Of a stretch of 37,108 nt of DNA, positions 1 to 12,128 are shown one piece after another (the stretch's first letter is position 1; the number at the start of each line of letters is the position of its first letter). The notes beneath the pieces are model-generated. The model worked only from the letters and a program-made list of their open reading frames with translations, made no database searches and was not told where the DNA came from. Made by a program: the position numbers and the translations under genes. Source of the DNA: Octopus bimaculoides (Eukaryota). The stretch spans positions 42,963,852 through 43,000,959 of the forward strand of contig NC_068993.1 of NCBI RefSeq assembly GCF_001194135.2, read 5' to 3'.

Positions 1-231
1 ATATATATATGCACCATAATTAGTTATTTAAAATGACCGACACGTGTTTCTGCTGCATAGAGTATGTGCGAAGGTAACCCGGTTTTGTCCATAAGGAGAA
101 TTACAATGAGATTGCACACACTGAGCGATCCTTGGTGGTTCTTACTATTTCACGTGATAAATAATAACCTGGACTGTACCAGAGAGCCCTTATGGTGCCC
201 GCCTGGATAATTTATTCTCGTGTACCTATCA

Positions 232-365
232 TTATATATATATATGTATGTATGTATGTACGTATGTATGTATTTATATATACATGCATATGTATGTATA
301 TATATATGTGTTTATATATATATAGTATATATATGTATACATATGTATATATATATATATATATA
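232..365. repeat. (TA)n/(TATG)n compound microsatellite
   Basis: Visible simple repeat running into the gap; (TA)n resumes at 1066-1092. Confidence 0.9.
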
Positions 366-1065
366 NNNNNNNNNNNNNNNNNNNNNNNNNNNNNNNNNNN
401 NNNNNNNNNNNNNNNNNNNNNNNNNNNNNNNNNNNNNNNNNNNNNNNNNNNNNNNNNNNNNNNNNNNNNNNNNNNNNNNNNNNNNNNNNNNNNNNNNNNN
501 NNNNNNNNNNNNNNNNNNNNNNNNNNNNNNNNNNNNNNNNNNNNNNNNNNNNNNNNNNNNNNNNNNNNNNNNNNNNNNNNNNNNNNNNNNNNNNNNNNNN
601 NNNNNNNNNNNNNNNNNNNNNNNNNNNNNNNNNNNNNNNNNNNNNNNNNNNNNNNNNNNNNNNNNNNNNNNNNNNNNNNNNNNNNNNNNNNNNNNNNNNN
701 NNNNNNNNNNNNNNNNNNNNNNNNNNNNNNNNNNNNNNNNNNNNNNNNNNNNNNNNNNNNNNNNNNNNNNNNNNNNNNNNNNNNNNNNNNNNNNNNNNNN
801 NNNNNNNNNNNNNNNNNNNNNNNNNNNNNNNNNNNNNNNNNNNNNNNNNNNNNNNNNNNNNNNNNNNNNNNNNNNNNNNNNNNNNNNNNNNNNNNNNNNN
901 NNNNNNNNNNNNNNNNNNNNNNNNNNNNNNNNNNNNNNNNNNNNNNNNNNNNNNNNNNNNNNNNNNNNNNNNNNNNNNNNNNNNNNNNNNNNNNNNNNNN
1001 NNNNNNNNNNNNNNNNNNNNNNNNNNNNNNNNNNNNNNNNNNNNNNNNNNNNNNNNNNNNNNNNN
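366..1065. other. Assembly gap (first of 13 N-runs)
   Basis: N-runs at 366-1065, 1872-2731, 6955-6964, 7888-8380, 14812-14878, 16109-16723, 17645-17654, 19106-19801, 22673-22682, 23808-23968, 26401-26493, 33348-33689 and 36090-36099 (about 4.07 kb). Most are flanked by simple repeats. Confidence 0.98.
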
Positions 1066-1699
1066 ATATATATATATATATATATATATATACGGGTAGA
1101 GTTTCGTGTTGTATTTGATGGAGTACTGACCTCAAGTTGCTGATTATCGAAATTACACCTATAAGACGTTCGATAACTTGCTATTCTCAGATATACCATA
1201 AGATAATTCGATTTTAAAGCTGATGTAAACAAGAGATATTTTTAAAAATACAACAAAAGCAACGCAAAACGCACAAGAACAAGTGCCACAAGAATAAAAA
1301 AAAAAAAGAAAAAACATATGTGACTTTTATAATTCCTGCAAAAGGATCAAAATAAAAAGGTTGTATGAAATGTGTTTATTAAATTGCCTAGAGCTGCAAG
1401 CAGTGGCTCTATGATAAGATATCAAGAATCTAAATTGCATACTTGAAATCCAGTTAGTCTTCTGTTTCCAGTTGCGCTATTTTGGCAAGGTTCACTAAGC
1501 TAGTAAGTTCCTTTTCACTTGCTTCACAACCATTATTATATAAAATTGGATTATCAAAATTAGCAAGATATCACAATCTCCCACGGTAGACCCTATATTA
1601 GGTTTGTAATCTTCTCTCAAACCTCTTATTTCCGACATCTTCACTGTCCTTTATTTTTAGACATTTAATCCCCTCCTACACAATCTATTTCTTCTCTGT

Positions 1700-1832
1700 C
1701 GCTTTGCTCTCTCTCCCTCTATCTCTCTGTTTCCCCACTCTCTATCTCTCTCTCCATACATATGTACGCGCAGACACGCACACACAGACACACGCACATG
1801 CACACAGACACAGACACACAGAAACACATTTA

Positions 1833-1871
<39 letters not shown>
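1700..1871. repeat. (CT)n-(CA)n-(TA)n compound microsatellite
   Basis: Visible simple repeats ending at the gap. Confidence 0.85.
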
Positions 1872-3214
1872 NNNNNNNNNNNNNNNNNNNNNNNNNNNNN
1901 NNNNNNNNNNNNNNNNNNNNNNNNNNNNNNNNNNNNNNNNNNNNNNNNNNNNNNNNNNNNNNNNNNNNNNNNNNNNNNNNNNNNNNNNNNNNNNNNNNNN
2001 NNNNNNNNNNNNNNNNNNNNNNNNNNNNNNNNNNNNNNNNNNNNNNNNNNNNNNNNNNNNNNNNNNNNNNNNNNNNNNNNNNNNNNNNNNNNNNNNNNNN
2101 NNNNNNNNNNNNNNNNNNNNNNNNNNNNNNNNNNNNNNNNNNNNNNNNNNNNNNNNNNNNNNNNNNNNNNNNNNNNNNNNNNNNNNNNNNNNNNNNNNNN
2201 NNNNNNNNNNNNNNNNNNNNNNNNNNNNNNNNNNNNNNNNNNNNNNNNNNNNNNNNNNNNNNNNNNNNNNNNNNNNNNNNNNNNNNNNNNNNNNNNNNNN
2301 NNNNNNNNNNNNNNNNNNNNNNNNNNNNNNNNNNNNNNNNNNNNNNNNNNNNNNNNNNNNNNNNNNNNNNNNNNNNNNNNNNNNNNNNNNNNNNNNNNNN
2401 NNNNNNNNNNNNNNNNNNNNNNNNNNNNNNNNNNNNNNNNNNNNNNNNNNNNNNNNNNNNNNNNNNNNNNNNNNNNNNNNNNNNNNNNNNNNNNNNNNNN
2501 NNNNNNNNNNNNNNNNNNNNNNNNNNNNNNNNNNNNNNNNNNNNNNNNNNNNNNNNNNNNNNNNNNNNNNNNNNNNNNNNNNNNNNNNNNNNNNNNNNNN
2601 NNNNNNNNNNNNNNNNNNNNNNNNNNNNNNNNNNNNNNNNNNNNNNNNNNNNNNNNNNNNNNNNNNNNNNNNNNNNNNNNNNNNNNNNNNNNNNNNNNNN
2701 NNNNNNNNNNNNNNNNNNNNNNNNNNNNNNNNTATATATATGGAGAGATCTAACTATAAATACTTATCTACACCATGAAATAAAAAAAAAAGGTAACTCT
2801 AAAATATATGTACTAGCGTCAGAAGTGATAATAAAAGTTTTAAAGGAATTAATACCAGGAAATTGTTGTAAATTAGTTGCAGACTGAGAATTAATACGGA
2901 ATAATGGGAAAAGCGATAAAAGACAATTGTCGCGTCGAATTTGGTATTATATAAGAAATGTTGTACCTATCATAAATTTAGACATCTGGAAATACGTTTT
3001 TAAACTAATTAATAACTACACAGGCAATGTTAGTGCTTTAATAGTGTTGCCTATACATCGAGGAAAATATTAATTTTACTAGGCCTTACATCCATCCATT
3101 CGTGTTAACAAGTATGTGTTCGATTTTATGCATGTGTGTGTGTGTGAGTTTATGTATGTGGGTGTGTGAGAGAGAGTCAGAGAGAGGGACAGAGAGAGAA
3201 AGAGAGAGAGGAAG

Positions 3215-3340
3215 AAAGCGAGGGGTGGTGAGTTAACGCTTTGCAGAGTTTCTACGTTCTGAGTTCAAAATCCTGTCCTGTCGATATCAACATTTTCATT
3301 CTTTCGTGATCGGTTTTAAAAGAACCAGTCAAGTACTGGC
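3215..3340 (+). mobile_element. Degenerate tRNA-derived SINE (family B), 5' part
   Basis: ctacgttctgagttcaaaatcc...gtcgat...ttcattctttcg...accagt matches the reverse complement of the better-preserved copy at 33690-33988; B-box-like GTTCAAAATC. Confidence 0.55.
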
Positions 3341-3349
3341 TGCAATTTT

Positions 3350-3379
3350 CCTCTATCTCCTGGTCTCTCTCCCTTTCTT

Positions 3380-3431
<52 letters not shown>

Positions 3432-3660
3432 CCTCACTTTCTCTCTCTCTCTCTCACTTTGCTACCTCACTCCCTCTGTCTTTCTATCCGTCTCTCTGTC
3501 TCACTCTATAAATATCTCTCTACTATGTAGCTTTCTTTTAATTTCTATCTGTCTCTCTGCCACACTCTCTCACTCTCTTTCTTAATCTCTATCTTTCCCA
3601 CCCACCTCTCTCGTCCCCTCCCTTCCCTCTTTCTCTCTCCCTCTTTCTCACTCTTAATCT
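3350..3660. repeat. (CT)-rich polypyrimidine low-complexity tract
   Basis: Imperfect (CT)n over about 300 bp. Confidence 0.85.
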
Positions 3661-3663
3661 CAG

Positions 3664-3718
3664 TTTATATTTTCGGAAGAAATTAGCTGCGCTCAGACAT
3701 GGACAGGGACGAACTCAG
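3664..3718 (+). other. Candidate 55-nt exon (unverified)
   Basis: Long pyrimidine tract then ctcttaatctcag| acceptor, and CAG|GTAGGT donor. Two frames are open (LYFRKKLAALRHGQGRTQ; FIFSEEISCAQTWTGTNS) and the third holds an ATG (MDRDEL). No recognisable homology. Confidence 0.25.
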
Positions 3719-3828
3719 GTAGGTCTACAATGCCCAAGACGTTCCGTGTATCATAACGTGACCTCTACGATTCTATCAGTATTTTTAGGCCCCCGCCAAC
3801 AGCATTATATTGGTGAGCGGAAATATGT

Positions 3829-3962
3829 GTATGCATGTGTGTGTGAGAGAGAGAGAGACATACAGACAGACAGACAGACAGACAGACAGAGGCAGAGACA
3901 GAGACGGAGATAGAGACAGAGAGTGTGTGTGTGTGTGTGAGTGTGTGTGTGTGTATGCATGT

Positions 3963-4034
<72 letters not shown>

Positions 4035-4090
4035 GGCAGAGACAGATACAGATTGTGTGTGTGTGTGTGTGTGTGTTTGGGTGCGTGTGT
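3829..4090. repeat. Compound (GA)/(GACA)/(GT) microsatellite duplicated as a unit of about 124 bp
   Basis: GTATGCATGTG at 3829 and 3953, each followed by (GA)n-(CAGA)n-GGCAGAGACAGA-(GT)n. Confidence 0.8.
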
Positions 4091-6241
4091 GTGATTTTGT
4101 TTGTTATGACGAAAACTTGATACCCTTGTCATTCGGTCTTTCTTGTAGTCTTGTTCAGAATTCAGGAGCAAAATATATTTCTGCGCTTTTGTAAATCTGG
4201 CACCTAACCAAAATTATATGAATTATTGCAGAAGCAAACTCAATCCAATTATGATTCTTTGAAAGCAAAAAAGATAATTGAACGCAAGTATTTTACATAT
4301 ATTAATTTGCCTGCCTTATGAAAAAAAATTTAATATTTCTCTTATTTCCCTTCTTTTCCTTTACTAATCTAAGACATTAAATGTACGTAAGCAAGAAAAG
4401 ACAGAATAAAAAAAGTAAAAAATACAAATGGCGTGTGTAGGTTGAAATAAAATCCATATACACTGATTATTTTCTTTGCAGTTATAAATATTATACTTCC
4501 CATGTTTGCAGCCATAAAAATGTCTGGGTTTATTTTGTACATAAGAATCTGTTTTGTGTTTCCATGTCAGCTCTGGTGAAGAACATGCATAGAGATTCAT
4601 TAAAGAAGATAGTCTTCTAGCTTTCGTCGAATAAATCTGGTTTTGAGTTTCCCATTAGTGATAGTATTGTAATAATGGCCGTTAGTTGAAGTCGTCAGGG
4701 ATTTTGCTTTTGTTTTTGTTTTGCTTCATTTTTGTTATTTTCTTTCTGCATCAGTTTCGGATTACGTTCAGCCATTTGTGAGTATCGTCTAGATTTCGTA
4801 TTTACTTTAGTCTTCGAGTTTCTAATGCAGATAAAAAGATTCTGAATTATGGATATTCTAAGGCTTTAGAAATGTTTTTCTATTATTTTTTTTATTTTTA
4901 TAAGTAATCGAATAAAGAATTAGATGTACAATTGTTTAATAGAAGAAACATAAACATTTAAACGAACACAAAATCGAAAGAAAAAAATGCAATAATAGTA
5001 TTTGTCTATCCTACAGGTTATTTCAATAATTGAAATGTTTGAAAAGCTAGTTCTTCATTAATTGGTTTAATGTTATCTGTTCGATAAATGGAATCTATAA
5101 TGTTTGGAATTCAAGTCCACATTCTGGAAATTTTTCTTTTTACTCTGATTAAATTAACAGCTAAATCCTTTACATAGTAAAACTAAATATTTTAAGATCT
5201 TGACTTATGTTTTGGTCACGAACTTCTTCCGAACTGCTGTTTACTTAAAGGTTTAAGTAAACCGACTTATCCTTGGACTGCATGTATCTTTAATGAAATG
5301 TTTTGTATACTTTGAGCTACACATCGGAGACACGTTAGCCGTATGACTAAATTACGTTTCCTAAGATGAAAATATTGAATTGATAGTATCAGGTATTGTG
5401 AAACAAACTGGTATGCTTCCAGACTTAGACATTGTATGATAGATAACTTTGAAAGTATACTTTTGCCACAATAGAAATATGACATACAATAATTATAATT
5501 TAAATTTCATCAAATTTTTTGTTGCTTATACAAAATGACGGAATGAATACTAATTTTCAAAAGAAGGATATTTATTACCTTCAAATAAAACTAAATAAAC
5601 CAAATTTCTTAATTGTATATTTGCAATAAATGTTTGTTATTTTTCTAACTTTTATCAATATAATCGCTGACTATTTCATCGGAAACATAACTCTGCAGAG
5701 TTTCATAGACAAAGAGTGTATTTTTCAGAACATTCTAAGACACTCATCCTGCACCACTTATGCAAACCCAATCTCTATCTCACTTTTCTTTTCTTCCCCA
5801 ACACTCTTTATATGACGTAAAGTGTGACTGGAGAAAACAACAAATCAACTAGTATTTATTTCGGCTATTATTATATAGACACAAAAGGTGGAAGGTAACA
5901 TACTTAGCAGCTCGCATCCAGACATCCTTATACAAATATCCTAGTACCCACATATCTCCTCTCAGTTATGTAAACACTGCCACTTACATCAAAACAGCAA
6001 CCACCCAAATATCCGTACCAATATCAATACATTATTCTTGGAAAACAAATTAACAGAAGAGAAATTCATTATTATGACATTGAGCAATATACATTTTAAT
6101 TATATACTTTATCAATTAGCATTTGATCCCTACATATTTTCTCTGTCCGCATCCCAATAATCATTTACGCTTCAAAGCCTGAATCTGTTTAGCTATAAAA
6201 CTTTGAATATCCAAATATTTGTGTGTCTCCAAAGGCAGTTC

Positions 6242-6249
6242 CACACACA

Positions 6250-6305
<56 letters not shown>
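6242..6305. repeat. (CA)n microsatellite
   Basis: Near-perfect (CA)n of about 64 bp. Confidence 0.95.
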
Positions 6306-6310
<5 letters not shown>

Positions 6311-6915
6311 ACTTTTAGACTCCGACAATGAAATACCCGCACACGAATCCATAGTATCTTTTGAATTAAACAAAAAAAAAAAAAACAACGATCACATAAC
6401 CAACATCCAGCAGACATTCTTCACTAATAAAGCAACCCAGAAGTAAATTTATTTTCTACGTATGTAGCCAAAACCTCAGAAGATATTCCGCAGTCTGATG
6501 AATTAATAGATGAAACTGTCAGTTACTACAATATATTGAATTTTCCAATTCTCAAAATATATAAATCTTACGCTAATCACATATTTAAGCTCTCCTTTTT
6601 TTTTCTGGTGGCATGTGTAGAAGCACATGCGTAAACATAAACATACACACACATACTCACATATATACATGCACATATATGTATATGCATATGTGTATGT
6701 GTACCCGTGTGTAAATTTATATGTGTATTTCTATTTATATGTACGTGTTTGTGTGCGTATGTAACTGCATTTTCGAGTAACTACCCCTACATCAACTAAA
6801 ACTGTTTTCGTATGTTATATACATAGGTACATATGTTTGTGTGTGTACAAATATATATAAATATATATATATGTACTTATATATATGCATATATATATAA
6901 ATAAATGTGTGTATG

Positions 6916-6954
<39 letters not shown>

Positions 6955-7596
6955 NNNNNNNNNNTATGAATACATGCACACCTGCAAGCATAAACGCATG
7001 CAGATATACATACATAGCTTAACATCACATCACATCACACAACACAGTATAACCTATATATATTTCCTAACACTAAAAACTACACAAATGTTTTTGTAAA
7101 CGTTCGTTAAAATGTCTATGTTTTCCTGTTTATCACCAACATGTTCGACAGTTTATTTTTATTGATATTTACACATTAAATCACAGCTAATTTTAATACC
7201 GTCCGTTAGCTCTCACTATATGCCGCCATATTGCAACGGCCTGCAATAACTAAAGTAGATTTCTTTTATTGTCAACATTACTTATACAAACATCTGGTGC
7301 CGTTGTAGAACGTTTCGGCTGTGCGTTGTCCGTTGGGGGTTTCTTTTTATTATTATCGCTATAAACATTATTTTTCTGGCAATTTTAATGAATCCTTCAC
7401 ATAAATTTTACATCAAGTTTAAACAATATATGCATACATACATATATATATGAGTGTGGGTGTGTGTGTGTGCGTGTGTACATGGATATATATATGACCG
7501 CAGCCACTTGGCTGAAACACATAAATAAATAAATAAAAAAAAATATATACACACACAAACACATATATGCATATGTACACATACACAGATATATAC

Positions 7597-7639
<43 letters not shown>

Positions 7640-7838
7640 TATGCAAACGGATAGGTAATTTGCTCAGTGTCTGTCTACGTAAAATTTGATATGTATACAC
7701 ATGCCTATATATATGCATTTATATACGTATATATCTATATATCTACATGAGTATCTCTATGTGCATGTTTATACTAACATACATAACACACATACGTACA
7801 TATATTATATATATATATATATATACACATATACATGT

Positions 7839-7887
<49 letters not shown>

Positions 7888-8593
7888 NNNNNNNNNNNNN
7901 NNNNNNNNNNNNNNNNNNNNNNNNNNNNNNNNNNNNNNNNNNNNNNNNNNNNNNNNNNNNNNNNNNNNNNNNNNNNNNNNNNNNNNNNNNNNNNNNNNNN
8001 NNNNNNNNNNNNNNNNNNNNNNNNNNNNNNNNNNNNNNNNNNNNNNNNNNNNNNNNNNNNNNNNNNNNNNNNNNNNNNNNNNNNNNNNNNNNNNNNNNNN
8101 NNNNNNNNNNNNNNNNNNNNNNNNNNNNNNNNNNNNNNNNNNNNNNNNNNNNNNNNNNNNNNNNNNNNNNNNNNNNNNNNNNNNNNNNNNNNNNNNNNNN
8201 NNNNNNNNNNNNNNNNNNNNNNNNNNNNNNNNNNNNNNNNNNNNNNNNNNNNNNNNNNNNNNNNNNNNNNNNNNNNNNNNNNNNNNNNNNNNNNNNNNNN
8301 NNNNNNNNNNNNNNNNNNNNNNNNNNNNNNNNNNNNNNNNNNNNNNNNNNNNNNNNNNNNNNNNNNNNNNNNNNNNNNNNNATATATAAGACAGAGAGGT
8401 AGAATGAGGTTAGAAAGAGGGTAGATACAGTTTTATAGATATAGTTTATATAATGTTTTGCGAACAACGCCGTCGATAAGAACAAGTGAAAGAAATTAGA
8501 AGAACTTTAACTGTGAGAAAACTTTTTAAGAATGTAAGCACGTTTCCACGTTATTGTATGTTTTCTATACTAAGCGGAAAAATTGAGAGACTC

Positions 8594-8690
8594 CTGACGA
8601 GCCTATATCCACTGAAGAGGTGTCGAGAAATTTTGTAAAGTACTTGTTACCTCTTCAGAAGATATAGGCACGATATCCTCGATCGAGAAC
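8594..8690 (+). other. 69-nt hairpin preceded by CTGACGA (degenerate hammerhead-like or pre-miRNA-like)
   Basis: Arms gcctatatc-ca-ctgaagaggt (8601-8621) and acctcttcag-aa-gatataggc (8649-8669) pair as 9+10 bp. CTGACGA lies at 8594-8600 and the palindrome ctcgatcgag at 8678-8687. Confidence 0.35.
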
Positions 8691-8944
8691 GCAAATGATA
8701 TAACTATTATGTAAAGCGTTCGCAGACTAAGCTAAGAGCCATGATTGATAGAGCTTTTACATATTAAGTCTGACCTTTTTTTTCTAGGCAGAAATCTAAA
8801 ACAAAATTAGAAAGGTAAAAATGTAAATAGTGGGTCATCATTTTAACGAATCTGGTTATTAAATTGCTATCAGTAGTGCATAATATTAGGTTGGCTACGT
8901 ATAAAGATGAAAAGGTTCGCACTAATAATAATGTACGTTCTTAT

Positions 8945-9310
8945 AATGGCTGAGGCTCTCTTTGCAACCAAGTGATTTCAGATTATGTCCCACTGCAGGG
9001 AACATTGAGCAGGTAGCCCCACGCAGACCAATGCCTTCTGGGGGAATTTGGCCAACAGAAACTGTGTAGAAGCCTGTTAAATATATATGTTTGGGTGTTG
9101 TTTTCTTGTGTTTCTATCCTCCACCGCTTGACAACCGGTGTGGGATTGTTTACTTCACCATATCATAGCTTTTCGAGAAAAGAAATAGACAGAATAAGCA
9201 CCAGACTCTAAAGAAATATATGTACTGGAGTCGAATTGTTCGACTAAGCTGTTCAAGGCTGTGCTCCAACCTGCGCGCAGCTCAGTGACTGAAAGAAGTA
9301 AAAGTAAGAA
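8945..9310 (+). mobile_element. Degenerate SINE family A
   Basis: Colinear with 26233-26741: cccactgc...gaccaatgcctt...gaaactg...ccaccgcttgacaaccggtg...agaataag...ttcgactaa...caaggctgtgctcca...gactgaaagaagtaaaag. Confidence 0.75.
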
Positions 9311-9445
9311 ATTAGGTTTTCATTATTGGCCGTATCATTTGCATATACTTATGTACAGCAATTGTTTGAATGGCACAAAACAATAGATACGATGTAATGG
9401 TGAAAGTGAGGGTTAAAAATTTTCATTGTATAAAATATTCTAGAT

Positions 9446-9737
9446 CAGTGCTACTCAAAATGGTGGTCCGCGGACCGGTGCCGGTCCGCGAGCCATCAGC
9501 TGCCGGTACGCGGCGAGTTTCCAGAAAAGAGAGAAACATTATAAAATGCTTATGCAATATTGTATTATTTGTTTAGAAAATAAATATAAGATTTAAAAAA
9601 TTGTCAACTTTTATTATATTCATTATATATATTGTTTCTGGTACAAATTAATATTACTAAGAAGCATCACCGGTCCCTGGCACATTGTAAAAAAAAAAAC
9701 TGCCAGTACGCCACATCAGATAGTTTGAGAAGCACTG
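9446..9737. mobile_element. hAT (Charlie-type) MITE, 292 bp
   Basis: TIRs CAGTGCTACTCAAA / TTTGAGAAGCACTG (13/14). Perfect 8-bp TSD TTCTAGAT at 9438-9445 and 9738-9745, matching the NTCTAGAN target preference of Charlie hATs. Confidence 0.93.
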
Positions 9738-10640
9738 TTCTAGATATATAAAATTATTCATGGCTAATAAATAACGAATAAGTAGAGAGTGAGAACACCT
9801 AATTGCAAAACTGGCCGAGATAGTTCTATGAAGCACCTGAAGTTGTTTTGTTTGGGAGATCAACATCATAGCTTCCTTTTTATAACATTTAGCGTAGCTT
9901 CAAGAACTTTCAGCAGAACTATTTGGCGGAAAAATTCACGTAACTTATTTTCAAGCCGACTGCTTATTTGGTTACACACCAGTTGATCATATTGGTCGAA
10001 CTATGGTCACGTAGATGTTGATGGCTTTATGGTGACATTATCAATTTTTCATAACTGGTCTTTGTAGAGAAATCTTAGCTGGTCCTAATCAGAAGAATTT
10101 CAATGAGATGGTTCAAAACTCGGAAGAAATCTCACTACATATATTTAGATTTATAGAAAGGCTACTAAGGCGAAAAATAAAGAGGCCATCTTGATTCTAG
10201 AATGTAGAATATTGAGAAAAATAGAATTAAACAACAAATATGTAGTCTATGGACAGGAAAGAAGTGAAATATGGCAGCAAAAGATTTTCTCATTTCGTCG
10301 TCACATGAATCTTTAATATGAAACGTCATATCAATCAGGCTTAGTCAAGAGTAACTGTCAGTTAAATGGTGAAGATATGATACGATATGGAATTATATGT
10401 AAATTTAAATAATATTTTATGAATGAAAAATTCATAAACTGGTCGCCTGAGACATTATTTCTTAAATTTGTTAAAAAGTAGTGCTTTTCTAATTTTAACA
10501 TATGTGTTACAACTAGGAATTATTGCCCATTAGTACTTTGATATATAGATACATATATTGATGTATACACATATACATACGTACATGCATACATGTATTC
10601 GTACCTACGTATATACATGCATACGAACATACAAACATAT

Positions 10641-11033
10641 CTTTTACCTGTTTCAGTCATCCGACAACGACGATGCTGTGGCACCGCCTTGAAAAACTTT
10701 TAGTCGATTGAAACGGCCCCTGTACTTTTCTATTTTAAATCTGGTACTTTTTCTATCGATCTCTTTTGCCGTCACACTAAATTACGGCGACGTAAACACA
10801 CCAACAACGGTTCGCAAGCTGTGGTGGGAGACAAGCACAAGCACAGGAACACATACACGTAGATAGATATGTACGACGGTATTCTTTCAGTTTTTGTCTT
10901 CTAAATCCAGTCACAAGGCTTTTGTCGGCCCGAGGCTATAGTAACAGACACTGGGCCATGGTTCTACGCTGCGTGTCTGAACCCGAAACTATGTGGTTGG
11001 GAAACAAGCTTCTTACCTCGCAGCCACGCCTGC
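10641..11033 (-). mobile_element. SINE family A, full-length, diverged
   Basis: Reverse complement runs gcaggcgtggctgcgaggtaagaagcttgtttcccaaccacatagtttcgggttcag... through ...aggcggtgccacagcat...atgactgaaacaggtaaaag. Confidence 0.85.
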
Positions 11034-11084
11034 ATACATACATACATACATACATACATACATACATACATACATACATACATA
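11033..11084. repeat. (CATA)n microsatellite
   Basis: About 13 perfect units. Confidence 0.95.
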
Positions 11085-11206
11085 AAGCATACATGAAAAC
11101 ATATCTTACAATAGCATCTGTAAAAAACACATATCACTCAAGAATATTACAGCCGAATAAATAAAATTTGGACCTCGGAACTCTCTGCATTCAATAAAAC
11201 AATGGT

Positions 11207-11445
11207 CCACTGGAACTGTAAAAATCTATAAAACTTTCCTGAAGTTTATCATTTAAGTATATATGAGAATGTCTCGATATGCAAGTATACGCATGCAGAG
11301 ACATACATAAAACAGAGTAAACAAATCTCCACATATGCATACATACAAAGATACCCTGAAATTCCAATGAGGGAGCCTTGGAGCTAGGTTAGAAACCGAC
11401 TCTTTCTCTATTGGGAAGAAATATTGAAATAAAGCTGAATAATGA
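11207..11445 (+). mobile_element. R4/Dong-type non-LTR retrotransposon 3' end (copy 1, heavily 5'-truncated)
   Basis: 11212-11256 reads GTVKIYKTFLKFII*, 35/45 nt identical to the ORF end of copy 2 (11841-11885). The 3' UTR shares ttccaatga.ggagccttg...ctctttctctat...gaaat.aa.ctga with copy 2. It ends in (CATA)n. Confidence 0.8.
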
Positions 11446-11487
11446 CATACATACATACATACATACATACATACATACATACATACA
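11446..11487. repeat. (CATA)n between the two R4-type copies
   Basis: About 10 perfect units directly joining the 3' end of copy 1 to the 5' truncation point of copy 2. Confidence 0.95.
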
Positions 11488-11976
11488 ATATGAAAGAGTA
11501 TTGGTGGAATGTCCCAAAAAAACCCTCAATAAAGTGCAGACATAATAGACCGGATATAGTAATCTGGAACAGAGAAGAAAAACTGTGTACAGTAGTAGAA
11601 ATCAGCTGTCCTGCGGATGTCAACATCACGCTAAAGATCAGAGAAAAAGAGAACAACTACGCCGAGCTACTGAGAGATTTGCAGATACTCCACCCAGACT
11701 ACAAGTTCAGATTCATACCCGTGATTGTTGGGGCATTGGGATATGTAACGAACTGCCTCAACAAAAACCTGGAAAAATTAGGGTTCTCAAATCCTGAAAG
11801 AAAAAGGCTGATTAGAAGACTACAGATTCAAGCCATCAATGGAACTGTAAAGATATGTAAAACTTTCCAAGAATTTAGCACATAAATACATATGCATGCA
11901 TCTAGACATGAAAATATATACATAAAAACGCATCCATAAAACAAACATACAAATCTGCGCATACACTAACACCAAA

Positions 11977-12010
<34 letters not shown>

Positions 12011-12128
12011 GCACAAATACCTAGATGATGCTGATAAAAGTTCCAATGAAGGAGCCTTGAATCTGTGTTAGAGTCCGGCTCTTTCTCTATAGACAAAAAA
12101 TACAGAAATGAAACTGATTGATAACATT
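11488..12128 (+). mobile_element. R4/Dong-type non-LTR retrotransposon (copy 2): RLE domain plus 3' UTR, 5'-truncated
   Basis: Encodes an RLE endonuclease C-terminus. The 3' UTR has an internal (CA)n and a possible aaggagcc/ggctcttt stem. Flanked by (CATA)n on both sides. Confidence 0.88.
11490..11885 (+). pseudogene. Restriction-like endonuclease (PD-(D/E)xK) C-terminal fragment of a retrotransposon ORF
   Basis: EYWWNV...HNRPDIVIW...VVEISCP.D.N...K..EKENNY...FIPVIVGALG...Q.Q.I.GTVKICKTF matches the R4-clade RLE motif order. The 131 codons are uninterrupted. The N-terminal TYIH repeat in the ORF track is microsatellite. Confidence 0.88.

Noticed and set aside
11-198. 9-bp inverted repeat GCACCATAA...TTATGGTGC as Transib/Chapaev-like TIRs
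   Set aside because: Too short, cannot be extended, and has no TSD.
192-2778. Long ORFs of 220-350 aa here and at 7686-8485, 16079-16786, 18959-19880, 23659-24048 and 33301-33774
   Set aside because: They are open only because they read through N-runs and (TA)n repeats.
5985-6040. Minus-strand exon with GTAAGTG donor
   Set aside because: All three frames contain stops and the acceptor is AAG.
7222-7233. YY1-like motif GCCGCCATATTG as a promoter
   Set aside because: A single motif without supporting promoter context or a nearby exon.
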